DNA of 64,000 bases, taken from positions 5,215 through 69,214 of the forward strand of contig JANYEE010000156.1 of NCBI GenBank assembly GCA_025363275.1, read 5' to 3'. The DNA is from Burkholderiales bacterium. GTDB taxonomy: Bacteria > Pseudomonadota > Gammaproteobacteria > Burkholderiales > Burkholderiaceae_C. The translations under genes were made by a program, and so were the position numbers. Shown here in pieces: positions 16,478 through 25,526 of the stretch (position 1 is its first letter; the number at the start of each line of letters is the position of its first letter). Below the pieces are notes generated by a model that was not told the origin of the DNA, ran no database searches, and was given only the letters and a program-made list of their open reading frames with translations.

Positions 16478-17938
16478 TTAGGCGGTGCCGCCTACCGTCA
16501 AACCATCAATCCGCAGGGTGGGCTGGCCCACGCCCACGGGCACGCTTTGGCCCTCTTTGCCGCAAGTACCTACACCGCTATCGAGCTTCATGTCGTTGCC
16601 GATCATGCTGACGCGTTTGAGGCATTCCGGTCCGTTACCGACGATGGTGGCGCCCTTGACGGGGTACAGAATCTTGCCGTTTTCCACCCAGTAAGCCTCC
16701 GAAGCCGAGAACACAAACTTGCCGCTGGTAATGTCCACCTGGCCACCGCCAAAGTTGACGGCATACAAACCCTTCTTAATGCTCTTGACGATTTCTTCTG
16801 GCTCCTTGTCGCCGCCCAACATATAGGTGTTGGTCATGCGCGGCATGGGCACATTGGCATAGCTCTCGCGCCGACCGTTACCGGTGGGGGCCACACCGGT
16901 CAGGCGCGCGTTCATGCTGTCCTGGATGTAGCCCTTCAAAATGCCATCTTCGATCAACACATTGCGCTGCGTGGTGTTGCCTTCGTCGTCCACATTCAAG
17001 GAGCCACGGCGGTCAGCGATGGTGCCGTCGTCCAGCACAGTCACGCCCTTGGCAGCTACGCGTTGGCCGATGCGACCGCTGAAGGCGCTGCTGCCCTTGC
17101 GGTTGAAATCGCCCTCCAGGCCATGGCCGATAGCCTCGTGCAGCAGGATGCCGGGCCAGCCGGAACCCAGCACCACAGTCATTTCACCTGCTGGTGCGGG
17201 GCGTGCTTGCAGATTGGTCAGCGCCGCGTGCACGGCTTCGTTCACGTATTGCTCAATTTGCGCATCGCTGAAGTAGGCCAGGCCAAAGCGCCCCCCGCCG
17301 CCGCTGGAGCCGGACTCTCGGCGGCCTTTTTGCTCGGCAATCACACTCACACTCAGGCGCACTAAGGGTCGCACATCGGCCGCCAACGTGCCATCTGCGC
17401 GGGCCACCAGCACCACGTCGTATTCGCTGGCCAAACCAGCCATTACTTGGATTACGCGGGGATCTTTGGCTCGGGCCAACTTCTCTACCTTGCCCAACAA
17501 CTCCACTTTGGTGGTGCTGTCCATGCTCAGAATCGGATCGACGCCAGGGTACAAACTGCGGCTGGATGCTATCTTTTTAGTAGCTACCTTGGCACGTTTC
17601 GTCTGGGCTTGGGCCGAAATGGTTCGCACCGTGCGGGCTGCATCGAGCAACGAGGCCTCAGAAATGTCATCCGAGTAAGCGAAGGCGGTCTTCTCGCCAC
17701 TGACGGCGCGCACGCCGACGCCCTGGTCGATGCTAAACGACCCGGTTTTGACGATACCCTCTTCCAGGCTCCAGCCCTCGGAGCGGGTGTACTGAAAGTA
17801 CAGATCCGCCTCATCCACTTGGTGCGCCTTAATTTCGTTCAGCGCGCGGGTCAGATGGGATTCATCCAGACCGAAGGGAGTCAGCAGCAGGGATTTGGCC
17901 GTGGCCAAGCGTTCGATAGTGGGTTCGCGAGAAATCAT
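16478..17938 (-). CDS. tldD: Metalloprotease TldD
   Basis: 486 aa of the PmbA/TldD family, with the HEAIGHGLEGD metal-binding motif. Confidence 0.95.
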   Translation of the reverse strand: MISREPTIERLATAKSLLLTPFGLDESHLTRALNEIKAHQVDEADLYFQYTRSEGWSLEEGIVKTGSFSIDQGVGVRAVSGEKTAFAYSDDISEASLLDAARTVRTISAQAQTKRAKVATKKIASSRSLYPGVDPILSMDSTTKVELLGKVEKLARAKDPRVIQVMAGLASEYDVVLVARADGTLAADVRPLVRLSVSVIAEQKGRRESGSSGGGGRFGLAYFSDAQIEQYVNEAVHAALTNLQARPAPAGEMTVVLGSGWPGILLHEAIGHGLEGDFNRKGSSAFSGRIGQRVAAKGVTVLDDGTIADRRGSLNVDDEGNTTQRNVLIEDGILKGYIQDSMNARLTGVAPTGNGRRESYANVPMPRMTNTYMLGGDKEPEEIVKSIKKGLYAVNFGGGQVDITSGKFVFSASEAYWVENGKILYPVKGATIVGNGPECLKRVSMIGNDMKLDSGVGTCGKEGQSVPVGVGQPTLRIDGLTVGGTA

Positions 17939-17955
17939 GGGGCCATTTTAGGCCT

Positions 17956-19113
17956 CTAGCTTTGAACCAGGCGTTTGCTATTGGCAATGGACATCAGAAT
18001 CCCCAGGGCTAATCCCAGCGTAACCATGGCAGTGCCCCCGTAGCTGATGAACGGCAACGGCACACCCACCACGGGCAAGATGCCGCTGACCATGCCCATA
18101 TTCACAAAAGCATAGGTGAAAAAGATCATGGTCATGCTGCCCGCCAGCAACCGCGAAAAAAGGGTGGGGGCCTCCAGTGCGATTAGAAAACCGCGCAGGA
18201 TCAAAAAGACGAACGCGACGATCAGCAAAGCATTGCCGATCAAGCCAAATTCCTCGGAAAACGCGGCAAACACGAAATCGGTGGTGCGCTCGGGGATGAA
18301 TTCCAAATGCGTCTGAGTGCCCTGCATAAAGCCCATGCCAGTGACGCCGCCCGAGCCGATGGCAATCATGCCCTGGATGATGTGAAAGCCCTTACCCAGC
18401 GGATCGCGCGTGGGGTCCAGCAGCGTGCAAATGCGCTGCTGCTGGTAGTCGTGCAGTATCGGCCAGCGCACGCCGTCGGCACACAGCTGGGGTTCAAACC
18501 AGACGATCAGCGTGATACCGATTAACCCCAGCAGCACTGGCGGGATCACCAGTTTCCAGCTCATGCCGGCAAAGAAAATCACTGACACGCCAGTTATCAG
18601 CACCAGCAAGGAGGTGCCCAAATCGGGCTGCCTCATGATCAGGCCGACCGGCAGTGCCAGCAGCGCAGCGGCGGCCACAAAGTCCAGCGGGCGCAATTGC
18701 CCCTCGCGCTTTTGAAACCACCAGGCCAGCATCAGCGGCATGGCGATCTTCAAAATCTCACTGGGTTGGATTTGCGTCACCCCTACATACAACCAGCGCC
18801 GCGCGCCCTTTTTAGTGACACCAAACACGGCGACTGCAATTAGCAGGGTTACACCCAACGCATAAAGCGGCACGGCGAACACCATCAACCTTTGTGGTGG
18901 CACCTGCGCCACCACAAACATGATGGTGGCGGCAATTAACATATTGCGGCCATGGTCCTCAAACCGGGTGCCGTGGTCAAAACCGACCGAATACATCGTC
19001 AACATACCGGCACATGCCAGCATGAACACGGCAAATGCCAAGGGGCCATCGAACCCCGCAAACCACGGGGCCATACGCCGCCGCAGAGAAATAGAACCAA
19101 ATTGTTGCGCCAT
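17956..19113 (-). CDS. rodA: SEDS-family peptidoglycan glycosyltransferase RodA
   Basis: Colinear with E. coli RodA (DPLGKGFHIIQGMIAIGSGG, PERTTDFVFAAFSEEFG, GILPVVGVPLPFISYGG). Confidence 0.92.
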   Translation of the reverse strand: MAQQFGSISLRRRMAPWFAGFDGPLAFAVFMLACAGMLTMYSVGFDHGTRFEDHGRNMLIAATIMFVVAQVPPQRLMVFAVPLYALGVTLLIAVAVFGVTKKGARRWLYVGVTQIQPSEILKIAMPLMLAWWFQKREGQLRPLDFVAAAALLALPVGLIMRQPDLGTSLLVLITGVSVIFFAGMSWKLVIPPVLLGLIGITLIVWFEPQLCADGVRWPILHDYQQQRICTLLDPTRDPLGKGFHIIQGMIAIGSGGVTGMGFMQGTQTHLEFIPERTTDFVFAAFSEEFGLIGNALLIVAFVFLILRGFLIALEAPTLFSRLLAGSMTMIFFTYAFVNMGMVSGILPVVGVPLPFISYGGTAMVTLGLALGILMSIANSKRLVQS

Positions 19114-19142
19114 GGAGAGCGATTATCGGACTATGCGCGGAC

Positions 19143-21335
19143 ATGCCAAAGCGGCGTGGGACAATCCCGCCCATGTTTTTATTGTTTGAAGAAGCCGGAA
19201 AGTTCATGGCCGGCAGGGTGCTCTCGGAGGCAGATGCCTCGTCCCAGGTGGAGCTCGACAGTGGTAAGCGCGTCAAAGTGAAGGCCGCCAACGCCCTGAT
19301 CAAGTTTGAAAAGCCCAGCCCGGCTGACTTTGTGGCGCAAGCCCAAGGCTTAAGTGCCGGCATTGAGCTGGAAATGGCTTGGGAATTTGCGCCAGACGAA
19401 GAGTTTGGTTTTGCCGACTTGGCGCGGGACTATTTTTCTGCCACTGCGCCCCTATCGGAGCAAGCAGCGATGCTGTTCAAGCTGTTTGAGTCGCCCCACT
19501 ATTTCCGCCGTGCGGGCAAAGGGCGCTTTCGCAAGGCACCCGCCGACATCATTGCCCAGGCGTTGGCAGCCATCGAGAAAAAACGCCTACTGGCTGAGCA
19601 AATTGCCCAGTGGGCCAAGGATCTGACAGCGGGCATTTGCCCCCCGCCGGTGCAAGAACAGCTATACAAGATTCTGTTCAAGCCCGACAAAAACGCGCCC
19701 GAGTACAAGGCCGTGGTGGAAGCCTCGCGCGCCACCCACATTGCGCCTTTGGAGTTGCTGCAAAAGGCGGGGGCAATTGCATCGCCCTATTTGTTCCACT
19801 GGAAGCGATTTCTGCTGGAAAACTTTCCCAAAGGCACAGGCTTTCCCGCCGTTAGTGCACCGCCCATCAATGACGAGCTGCCGCTGGCCGCTGTACAGGC
19901 GTTCTCGATTGACGACTCACAAACCACCGAAATTGACGACGCCCTGAGCGTGCAGGGCCTGGGCACCGGTACCGTCACCTTGGGCATTCACATCGCCGCG
20001 CCCGCCCTGGCGGTGCAGCCGGGCGATGCGGTGGACCTAGTGGGCCGTGCCCGTATGTCGACCGTCTACATGCCGGGCTACAAGGTCACCATGTTGCCCG
20101 ATGCGCTGGTGCAAACCTACACGCTTCAAGAGGGGCGAGATTGCCCGGCCCTGTCCTTGTACGTAACACTGGACGAAGCCACGCTGGAAATTAAAGGCAG
20201 CGCGTCCAAGGTCGAACGCGTGCCGATTGCCCACAACCTGCGCCACGACAAGCTGGATGCGGTGGTGACTGAGGACTGGCTCCGTCATCTGCCAGGCCGC
20301 CCCAAGGATGACTGCACCCCCTCGGGGGGCCTGACAGCGTCAGGATTGGGGGCTACATCGGATCCGACTTTTGAGCATCAAAACGACCCAGGGCCCGCAC
20401 AAAGCCTGCGTGAGCAGCTATCATTTTTATACCGCCTGGCGCGCGACCTGAAGGCCAAGCGCGAAGTAGTACGGGGCAAACCCGAGACCTTTAACCGGCC
20501 GGACTACAACTTCCGTCTGCAAGGCAATAAGGGCGCTGAGCCACAGGGCTTTGAGACCGTCGAGATCACCACCCGCCAACGCGGCGCACCGCTGGATCTG
20601 ATCGTGGCCGAGGCCATGATTCTGGCCAACAGCACCTGGGGTGCGTGGATGGCCGAGCTGGGCGTGCCCGGTATTTATCGTAGCCAGGCGTCTCTGGCGC
20701 CAGGCGTGAAAGTGCGCATGGGCACCAAGGCCGCGCCGCACGCAGGCATTGGCGTCAAGTGCTACGCCTGGAGCACCTCGCCCCTGCGCCGCTACACCGA
20801 TCTGGTCAACCAGTGGCAAATCATTGCCTGCGTGAAGCACGGCAAGACTGCCGCGCTGGCCGCGCCCTTCAAGCCCAAAGACGCAGATTTATTTGCCATC
20901 ATCAGCAACTTTGACGCGGCCTACAGTGCCTACAACGGCTACCAGGGCGCGATGGAGCGCTTCTGGACGCTGCAGTACCTGGCACAAAACGGTGTCACGG
21001 AGATTGAAGCCAGCCTGTTCAAGGAAAACATGGTGCGCGCCGACACCCTCCCCCTGGTGCTGCCGGTGATGGGCGCCCAGGGTCTGCCACGCGGCGCGCG
21101 GGTGCGCGTCAAGCTCGGGGCGATGGATTTAATTACGCTGGACATTGGCGGCACGGTGATTGAGCGCCTGGATGCGCCGACGGTCGCAGGCGACGCCAGC
21201 GACGCCACTGTGGGAGATAGTGAGGAAGACGACGACAGCGAAGGCAACGAAGTGGCCGGCCCGATTGCTATTGCGGTAGATGTGAGCGATGCACCCGCGC
21301 AGGATGCTCCGGCCAACGATAATCCGGCGCAGTGA
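19143..21335 (+). CDS. RNB-domain 3'-5' exoribonuclease (RNase II family)
   Basis: RNB catalytic motifs are present (SIDDSQTTEIDDALSV, TSPLRRYTDLVNQWQ). The likely true start is ATG 19173 (MFLLFEEAGKF). The C-terminal tail is acidic. Confidence 0.88.
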   Translation: MPKRRGTIPPMFLLFEEAGKFMAGRVLSEADASSQVELDSGKRVKVKAANALIKFEKPSPADFVAQAQGLSAGIELEMAWEFAPDEEFGFADLARDYFSATAPLSEQAAMLFKLFESPHYFRRAGKGRFRKAPADIIAQALAAIEKKRLLAEQIAQWAKDLTAGICPPPVQEQLYKILFKPDKNAPEYKAVVEASRATHIAPLELLQKAGAIASPYLFHWKRFLLENFPKGTGFPAVSAPPINDELPLAAVQAFSIDDSQTTEIDDALSVQGLGTGTVTLGIHIAAPALAVQPGDAVDLVGRARMSTVYMPGYKVTMLPDALVQTYTLQEGRDCPALSLYVTLDEATLEIKGSASKVERVPIAHNLRHDKLDAVVTEDWLRHLPGRPKDDCTPSGGLTASGLGATSDPTFEHQNDPGPAQSLREQLSFLYRLARDLKAKREVVRGKPETFNRPDYNFRLQGNKGAEPQGFETVEITTRQRGAPLDLIVAEAMILANSTWGAWMAELGVPGIYRSQASLAPGVKVRMGTKAAPHAGIGVKCYAWSTSPLRRYTDLVNQWQIIACVKHGKTAALAAPFKPKDADLFAIISNFDAAYSAYNGYQGAMERFWTLQYLAQNGVTEIEASLFKENMVRADTLPLVLPVMGAQGLPRGARVRVKLGAMDLITLDIGGTVIERLDAPTVAGDASDATVGDSEEDDDSEGNEVAGPIAIAVDVSDAPAQDAPANDNPAQ
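20285..20359 (+). repeat. GC-rich palindromic repeat element, copy inside the RNB coding sequence
   Basis: TCATCTGCCAGGCCGCCCCAAGGATGACTGCACCCCCTCGGGGGGC...TTGGGGGCTACATC matches 49640-49724 at about 41 of 48 aligned columns, plus a 12/13 tail. Confidence 0.8.
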
Positions 21336-22192
21336 ACCTCCGGTCCTTTAGCGCCATGCAACTTGCCCTGGGTGCATCCATTGCGGTGCACGCGGTAGTG
21401 TTGACCGTGCGTTTTGTGGACCCTGAATCGTTTAACCGCGTGTTCGAAGACACACCTCTGGAAGTCATTTTGGTGAATGCCAAAAGCGCGGACAAGCCGG
21501 ACAAAGCCAAAGCGGTTGCCCAGAGCAACCTGGCGGGCGGGGGTGAGGCCGAGAAAGGTCGCGCTACCAGTCCGCTGCCGTCTTCAGCACTGACCGAGGT
21601 AGGCGACTCGCTGGAAGAAGAGTCGGTCAAGAAGCTGCAAAGCTTGCAAGAGCAGCAAATGCTCTTGCTATCGCAAATCAAGAGCCAACTGGCCGCCATG
21701 CCGCCGCCCGACCCGACCAAAGCGGCGAGTCGGGCAGAGCAAATGGAGCGCGAGGAAAAGCGCCGCCAATTGATCAACCTGCTGGCCGAGATTGAAAGGC
21801 GCATCAACAAGGAAAATGCCCGACCCAAAAAGCGCTACATCAGCCCCGCGGCGCGCGAGGCCGTGTTTGCTATTTACTACGACGGCCTGCGCACTGCGAT
21901 TGAGACCCAGGGCACCGAGAACTTTCCAACCGCTGCGGGTAAAAAACTCTATGGTGAACTGACGATGATCGTCACCGTGAACCACGACGGGCGCGTACTG
22001 GAAACCGAGATTGTGGAAAGCTCGGGCAACCGCCTGCTGGACCGGCGGGCTGCGGCCATTGCACGCAGTGCCGGACCCTTCGGCTCCTTCAATAAGGCCA
22101 TGCGCCGCCAGGCCGACCAGATCGTGGTGGTGTCGCGCTTTAAATTCACCCGAGACGAGACGCTGGAAGCCAACGTCGCAGCGCGCCCATGA
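21332..22192 (+). CDS. TonB-like protein (TonB C-terminal domain)
   Basis: It has an N-terminal transmembrane helix, a charged Glu/Lys/Pro linker and a C-terminal domain resembling TonB_C (GELTMIVTVNHDGRVLETEIVESSG). The start forms an ATGA overlap with the RNB stop. Confidence 0.7.
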   Translation: MNLRSFSAMQLALGASIAVHAVVLTVRFVDPESFNRVFEDTPLEVILVNAKSADKPDKAKAVAQSNLAGGGEAEKGRATSPLPSSALTEVGDSLEEESVKKLQSLQEQQMLLLSQIKSQLAAMPPPDPTKAASRAEQMEREEKRRQLINLLAEIERRINKENARPKKRYISPAAREAVFAIYYDGLRTAIETQGTENFPTAAGKKLYGELTMIVTVNHDGRVLETEIVESSGNRLLDRRAAAIARSAGPFGSFNKAMRRQADQIVVVSRFKFTRDETLEANVAARP

Positions 22193-22929
22193 AATCCGCT
22201 CTTCGGTTCGTCGGTTTGCTGGTGCTAGCCCTGCTGGCCTTGCAGCTGTATTTCGTATTGCGCATTGCGGCCATGGCCGTTATCGCCCCCGAGTCCACCA
22301 CCTTTGAGCGCTCCCAAGCGTGGCAGATAGTGTCTGAAAAAGGCCGCCTGCCCTGGAGCCAGCAGTGGGTGCCCTACGCGCAGATTTCAGACAACCTGAA
22401 GCGCGCAGTGATTGCTTCTGAGGACGATGGTTTCAGCATCCACGGCGGTGTAGATTGGGATGCAATCCGAAAGGCTTGGGACAAAAACGCCAAGGCCGAG
22501 CAGCGCGCAGCCACCCGTAAACCCACTGCGTCCCAGGCCGCTGTGAGTGCGAAACCGCCCAAGATCATCGGCGGCTCCACTATCACGCAACAGCTCGCCA
22601 AAAATCTGTTTTTGGCTGGTGAGCGCACGCTGCTGCGCAAGGGCCAGGAACTGGTGGTAACGCTGCTGCTGGAGCAGCTCTTGAGTAAAGAACGGATTCT
22701 GGAGATTTACCTGAACCATGTGGAATGGGGCGAAGGTGTGTTTGGCGCCGAGGCTGCGGCCCAACACTACTTTCGCAAACCTGCAAGCAAACTTAATGCC
22801 TACGAGGCGGCGCGGCTGGCAGTGATGTTGCCGCGTCCGCGTTACTTTGAGAAGTTACCCAACTCGACGTATGTAGCGGGGCGCACGGGAGTGATCGTGG
22901 GGCGCATGGGCGATGCGCAGTTGCCTTGA
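22189..22929 (+). CDS. mtgA: Monofunctional biosynthetic peptidoglycan transglycosylase
   Basis: GT51 motifs are present (IASEDDGFSIHGG, GGSTITQQLAKN, RKGQE), along with an N-terminal transmembrane segment. Confidence 0.93.
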   Translation: MKSALRFVGLLVLALLALQLYFVLRIAAMAVIAPESTTFERSQAWQIVSEKGRLPWSQQWVPYAQISDNLKRAVIASEDDGFSIHGGVDWDAIRKAWDKNAKAEQRAATRKPTASQAAVSAKPPKIIGGSTITQQLAKNLFLAGERTLLRKGQELVVTLLLEQLLSKERILEIYLNHVEWGEGVFGAEAAAQHYFRKPASKLNAYEAARLAVMLPRPRYFEKLPNSTYVAGRTGVIVGRMGDAQLP

Positions 22930-22946
22930 ATCGGTCGCGTAACGCT

Positions 22947-23747
22947 TCAGCGTTCGGGCTTTTTAATCCACGCACTTATGTCAGCGACGGCCGTTGACTC
23001 CATGCCAATAAATCCATGCCAATGGTTACCCTCACACGCTGAACCCGTGGGGTTCGCGCCACCATTGACAAACATCAGCTTCTTCATAGGGCTGCCACTT
23101 AAACCGCTCAATATGCTGGGAACTTCATAAGGTTTACAAATATCACACGCGTCCTTTTCGTGGTGATAAACCAGCATAGGAAGCTTGATCCGCTGGAGAT
23201 CCTGCTTTGGGATGGCTCCAGCCTTCTTGTAGGACACGACGCTTGAGCTCAAAACCCCGCCAGCGATTTGTGGGTCCTGAAGCCGAACCAAGGTTGAAGT
23301 TGCGCTAATCGTTCCCCTGCTGGTTCCAATCACCCAAATAGGTGCTGTACTTTTTGTCTTCACCCACTCCAACACGGCCCTGACATCTTGCATATGGATA
23401 TCTGAAATCCGATCCTCATAACCAAGCTCATCAGAATCGTTAGGGCGGCCGAAAATTGCGAGATTGAAACCCTCATCCGCCCACAGTCTGGAGGTACGGA
23501 CCAAAAAATTGTTGCTTGACGGCCAGCCATTTTCGACCCTACCAAAGCCACCTCCTCCTCCAGGAAAGACTAAAAGCGTAGCGGTAGCTGCTTCGGTAGC
23601 GTGCCAAAACACGGTGACTTTTGTATCCGCGCGACTGGGAACTTTGACCAACTCCCCCGCTTTACTATCGGCAACATACAGCGCCAACACACCCGTTGCG
23701 AAGAACCACAGTAGCCATCGAAAGCTCAGGGGGAAAGTCAGACTCAT
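22947..23747 (-). CDS. Secreted or membrane-anchored alpha/beta hydrolase
   Basis: It has an N-terminal hydrophobic signal, a GTSRG nucleophile elbow and later His/Asp candidates. GC content is visibly lower than in the flanking genes. Confidence 0.7.
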   Translation of the reverse strand: MSLTFPLSFRWLLWFFATGVLALYVADSKAGELVKVPSRADTKVTVFWHATEAATATLLVFPGGGGGFGRVENGWPSSNNFLVRTSRLWADEGFNLAIFGRPNDSDELGYEDRISDIHMQDVRAVLEWVKTKSTAPIWVIGTSRGTISATSTLVRLQDPQIAGGVLSSSVVSYKKAGAIPKQDLQRIKLPMLVYHHEKDACDICKPYEVPSILSGLSGSPMKKLMFVNGGANPTGSACEGNHWHGFIGMESTAVADISAWIKKPER

Positions 23748-23852
23748 AGAAACCGATCCAAGTAAAAATCAAAAGCGCACGATGCAGTTTGAAGTGGGGG
23801 CGTGTCCGCAAACACGACCCGGATCCATGAACTTTGAAACCAACTGAAAAAG

Positions 23853-24512
23853 TTGTCAAGCCGCTTCTTTGGGGGTCTGAGCCCTCTGTATCATCCGCCC
23901 ATGCTTGCCAAGTTGATGAGTTACTTTTTGCTCGGTCTGATCCGGGTGCTGACTGGGTCCCAGGCGCGCTGGCACGGGTGTCCGCCCAAGGCGGAGCAGC
24001 GTATTTATTTTGCCAACCACCAAAGTCATGCCGACTTGGTGATGATCTGGGCAGCGCTGCCGCTGGAGTTGCGCAGTGTCACCCGCGCGATTGCCGCCAA
24101 AGACTACTGGACCAAGACGCCCTTCAAGCAATGGCTGACCACGGCCGTATTCAATGTGATTTATGTCTCGCGCGACCGCACTTCGGACGAAGACCCGCTG
24201 GAGCCCCTGGTCGAAGCACTGGGCAATGGCGATTCGATCATTCTGTTTCCCGAAGGCACGCGCGGCCACAACGAGTTGCCGCAGCCCTTCAAGGCCGGGC
24301 TATACAACCTCGCACTCAAATGCCCGGGTGCTGTGCTGGTGCCCGCCTGGATCAATAATGTGCAACACGTACTACCTAAGGGTGAAGTAGTGCCGGTGCC
24401 GGTGCTGTGCTCCGTGACATTTGGTGCGCCGATTCAGGTGCGGACCGGTGAAGCCTGTCGCGCCTTTTTAGATCGGGCGCGCGACGCCGTCATTGCCCTG
24501 CGGGATGTGTAG
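23853..24512 (+). CDS. Lysophospholipid (1-acyl-sn-glycerol-3-phosphate) acyltransferase family protein
   Basis: The HxxxxD motif (HQSHAD) and the FPEGTRG motif are present. The start may be the downstream ATG (MLAKLMSYF). Confidence 0.85.
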   Translation: MSSRFFGGLSPLYHPPMLAKLMSYFLLGLIRVLTGSQARWHGCPPKAEQRIYFANHQSHADLVMIWAALPLELRSVTRAIAAKDYWTKTPFKQWLTTAVFNVIYVSRDRTSDEDPLEPLVEALGNGDSIILFPEGTRGHNELPQPFKAGLYNLALKCPGAVLVPAWINNVQHVLPKGEVVPVPVLCSVTFGAPIQVRTGEACRAFLDRARDAVIALRDV

Positions 24513-24521
24513 GACCACCGC

Positions 24522-25511
24522 ATGTACGCGTATCTCAAGAGCTTTACCCCCACGCAGCAGATCGGTGCACTGTTTGTCATCGTGTTTGGCCTGCTGCTGC
24601 TGGCCAGTGTGTTTGCGTTTTTGTTGTCGCTGCGCGAATACGCCGATGACACCATGGCCGAGCGCCGCCGCATGGAGTTACGCAAGCTCGACGGCATGAT
24701 CCGCACCAGTTGGTTCATGATGCTGATTTTTTGGATCAGTTGGGTAACCGGAGACTGGGTGGCGCTGGCTCTGTTTGGCTTAGTGTCTTTTTTCTCGCTG
24801 CGCGAGTTCATGACCTTGTCGCCCACCCGACGGGGCGACCACCGCAGCCTGGTGCTAGCCTTCTTTGCCGTGCTACCCGCGCAGTATTGGCTGATTGGCA
24901 GTGGTCACTTCGACATGTTCACGGTGTTCATCCCGGTCTACGTGTTTCTGGCGCTACCGTTGACCAGCGCACTCGCCAATGACCCGCTACGCTTTCTGGA
25001 GCGCAATGCCAAGCTGCAGTGGGGCATCATGGTCTGTATCTACGGTATGAGCCATGTGCCGGCGCTGCTGCTGCTGAAGTTCCCCGGCTACGACAACAAG
25101 AACGCATTCATGGTGTTCTTCTTGGTAATCGTAGTGCAGACTTGCATGGTGACCCAACACTTTGCTGCGCGCAAACTGCCCAGCCCGCCGGTGGCGCCCG
25201 CTATCAGCCAGAGTTTCAATTGGCGCAGTTGGTTGATCGGTATCAGCGTAGCCAGTGTATTTGGCGGGTTGCTGTTTTTCATCACCCCCTGGGTACCGGG
25301 CACGGCGTTTGCGTTTTCTTTCATCGCCTGCGCGGCCGGTTCGATGGGGCATTTTGTGATGAAGGCACTCAAGCGCGACCGTGGCATTCCTAACTGGGGC
25401 CCGGAAGGCCAAGGCGTAACCGGCGCGGGCGGGCTGCTGGACCGGGTCGATGCGCTGTGCTTTGCGGCGCCAGTGTTCTTCCACTCAGCGCGCTGGTACT
25501 TTGATCTGTAA
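24522..25511 (+). CDS. CdsA-family (phosphatidate cytidylyltransferase-like) membrane protein, divergent paralog
   Basis: The protein is polytopic. Its C-terminal KALKRDRGIPNWGPEGQGVTGAGGLLDRVDA aligns with the CdsA signature KRxxxxKDxxxxxPGHGGxxDRxD but has PN in place of KD and GAGG in place of GHGG. Confidence 0.75.
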   Translation: MYAYLKSFTPTQQIGALFVIVFGLLLLASVFAFLLSLREYADDTMAERRRMELRKLDGMIRTSWFMMLIFWISWVTGDWVALALFGLVSFFSLREFMTLSPTRRGDHRSLVLAFFAVLPAQYWLIGSGHFDMFTVFIPVYVFLALPLTSALANDPLRFLERNAKLQWGIMVCIYGMSHVPALLLLKFPGYDNKNAFMVFFLVIVVQTCMVTQHFAARKLPSPPVAPAISQSFNWRSWLIGISVASVFGGLLFFITPWVPGTAFAFSFIACAAGSMGHFVMKALKRDRGIPNWGPEGQGVTGAGGLLDRVDALCFAAPVFFHSARWYFDL

Positions 25512-25526
25512 ATCATGCTTTTAAGT

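Noticed and set aside
16415-17365. 316-aa plus-strand ORF antisense to tldD
   Set aside because: This is a high-GC antisense artefact. The opposite frame encodes a full-length TldD with the HEAIGHGLEGD motif.
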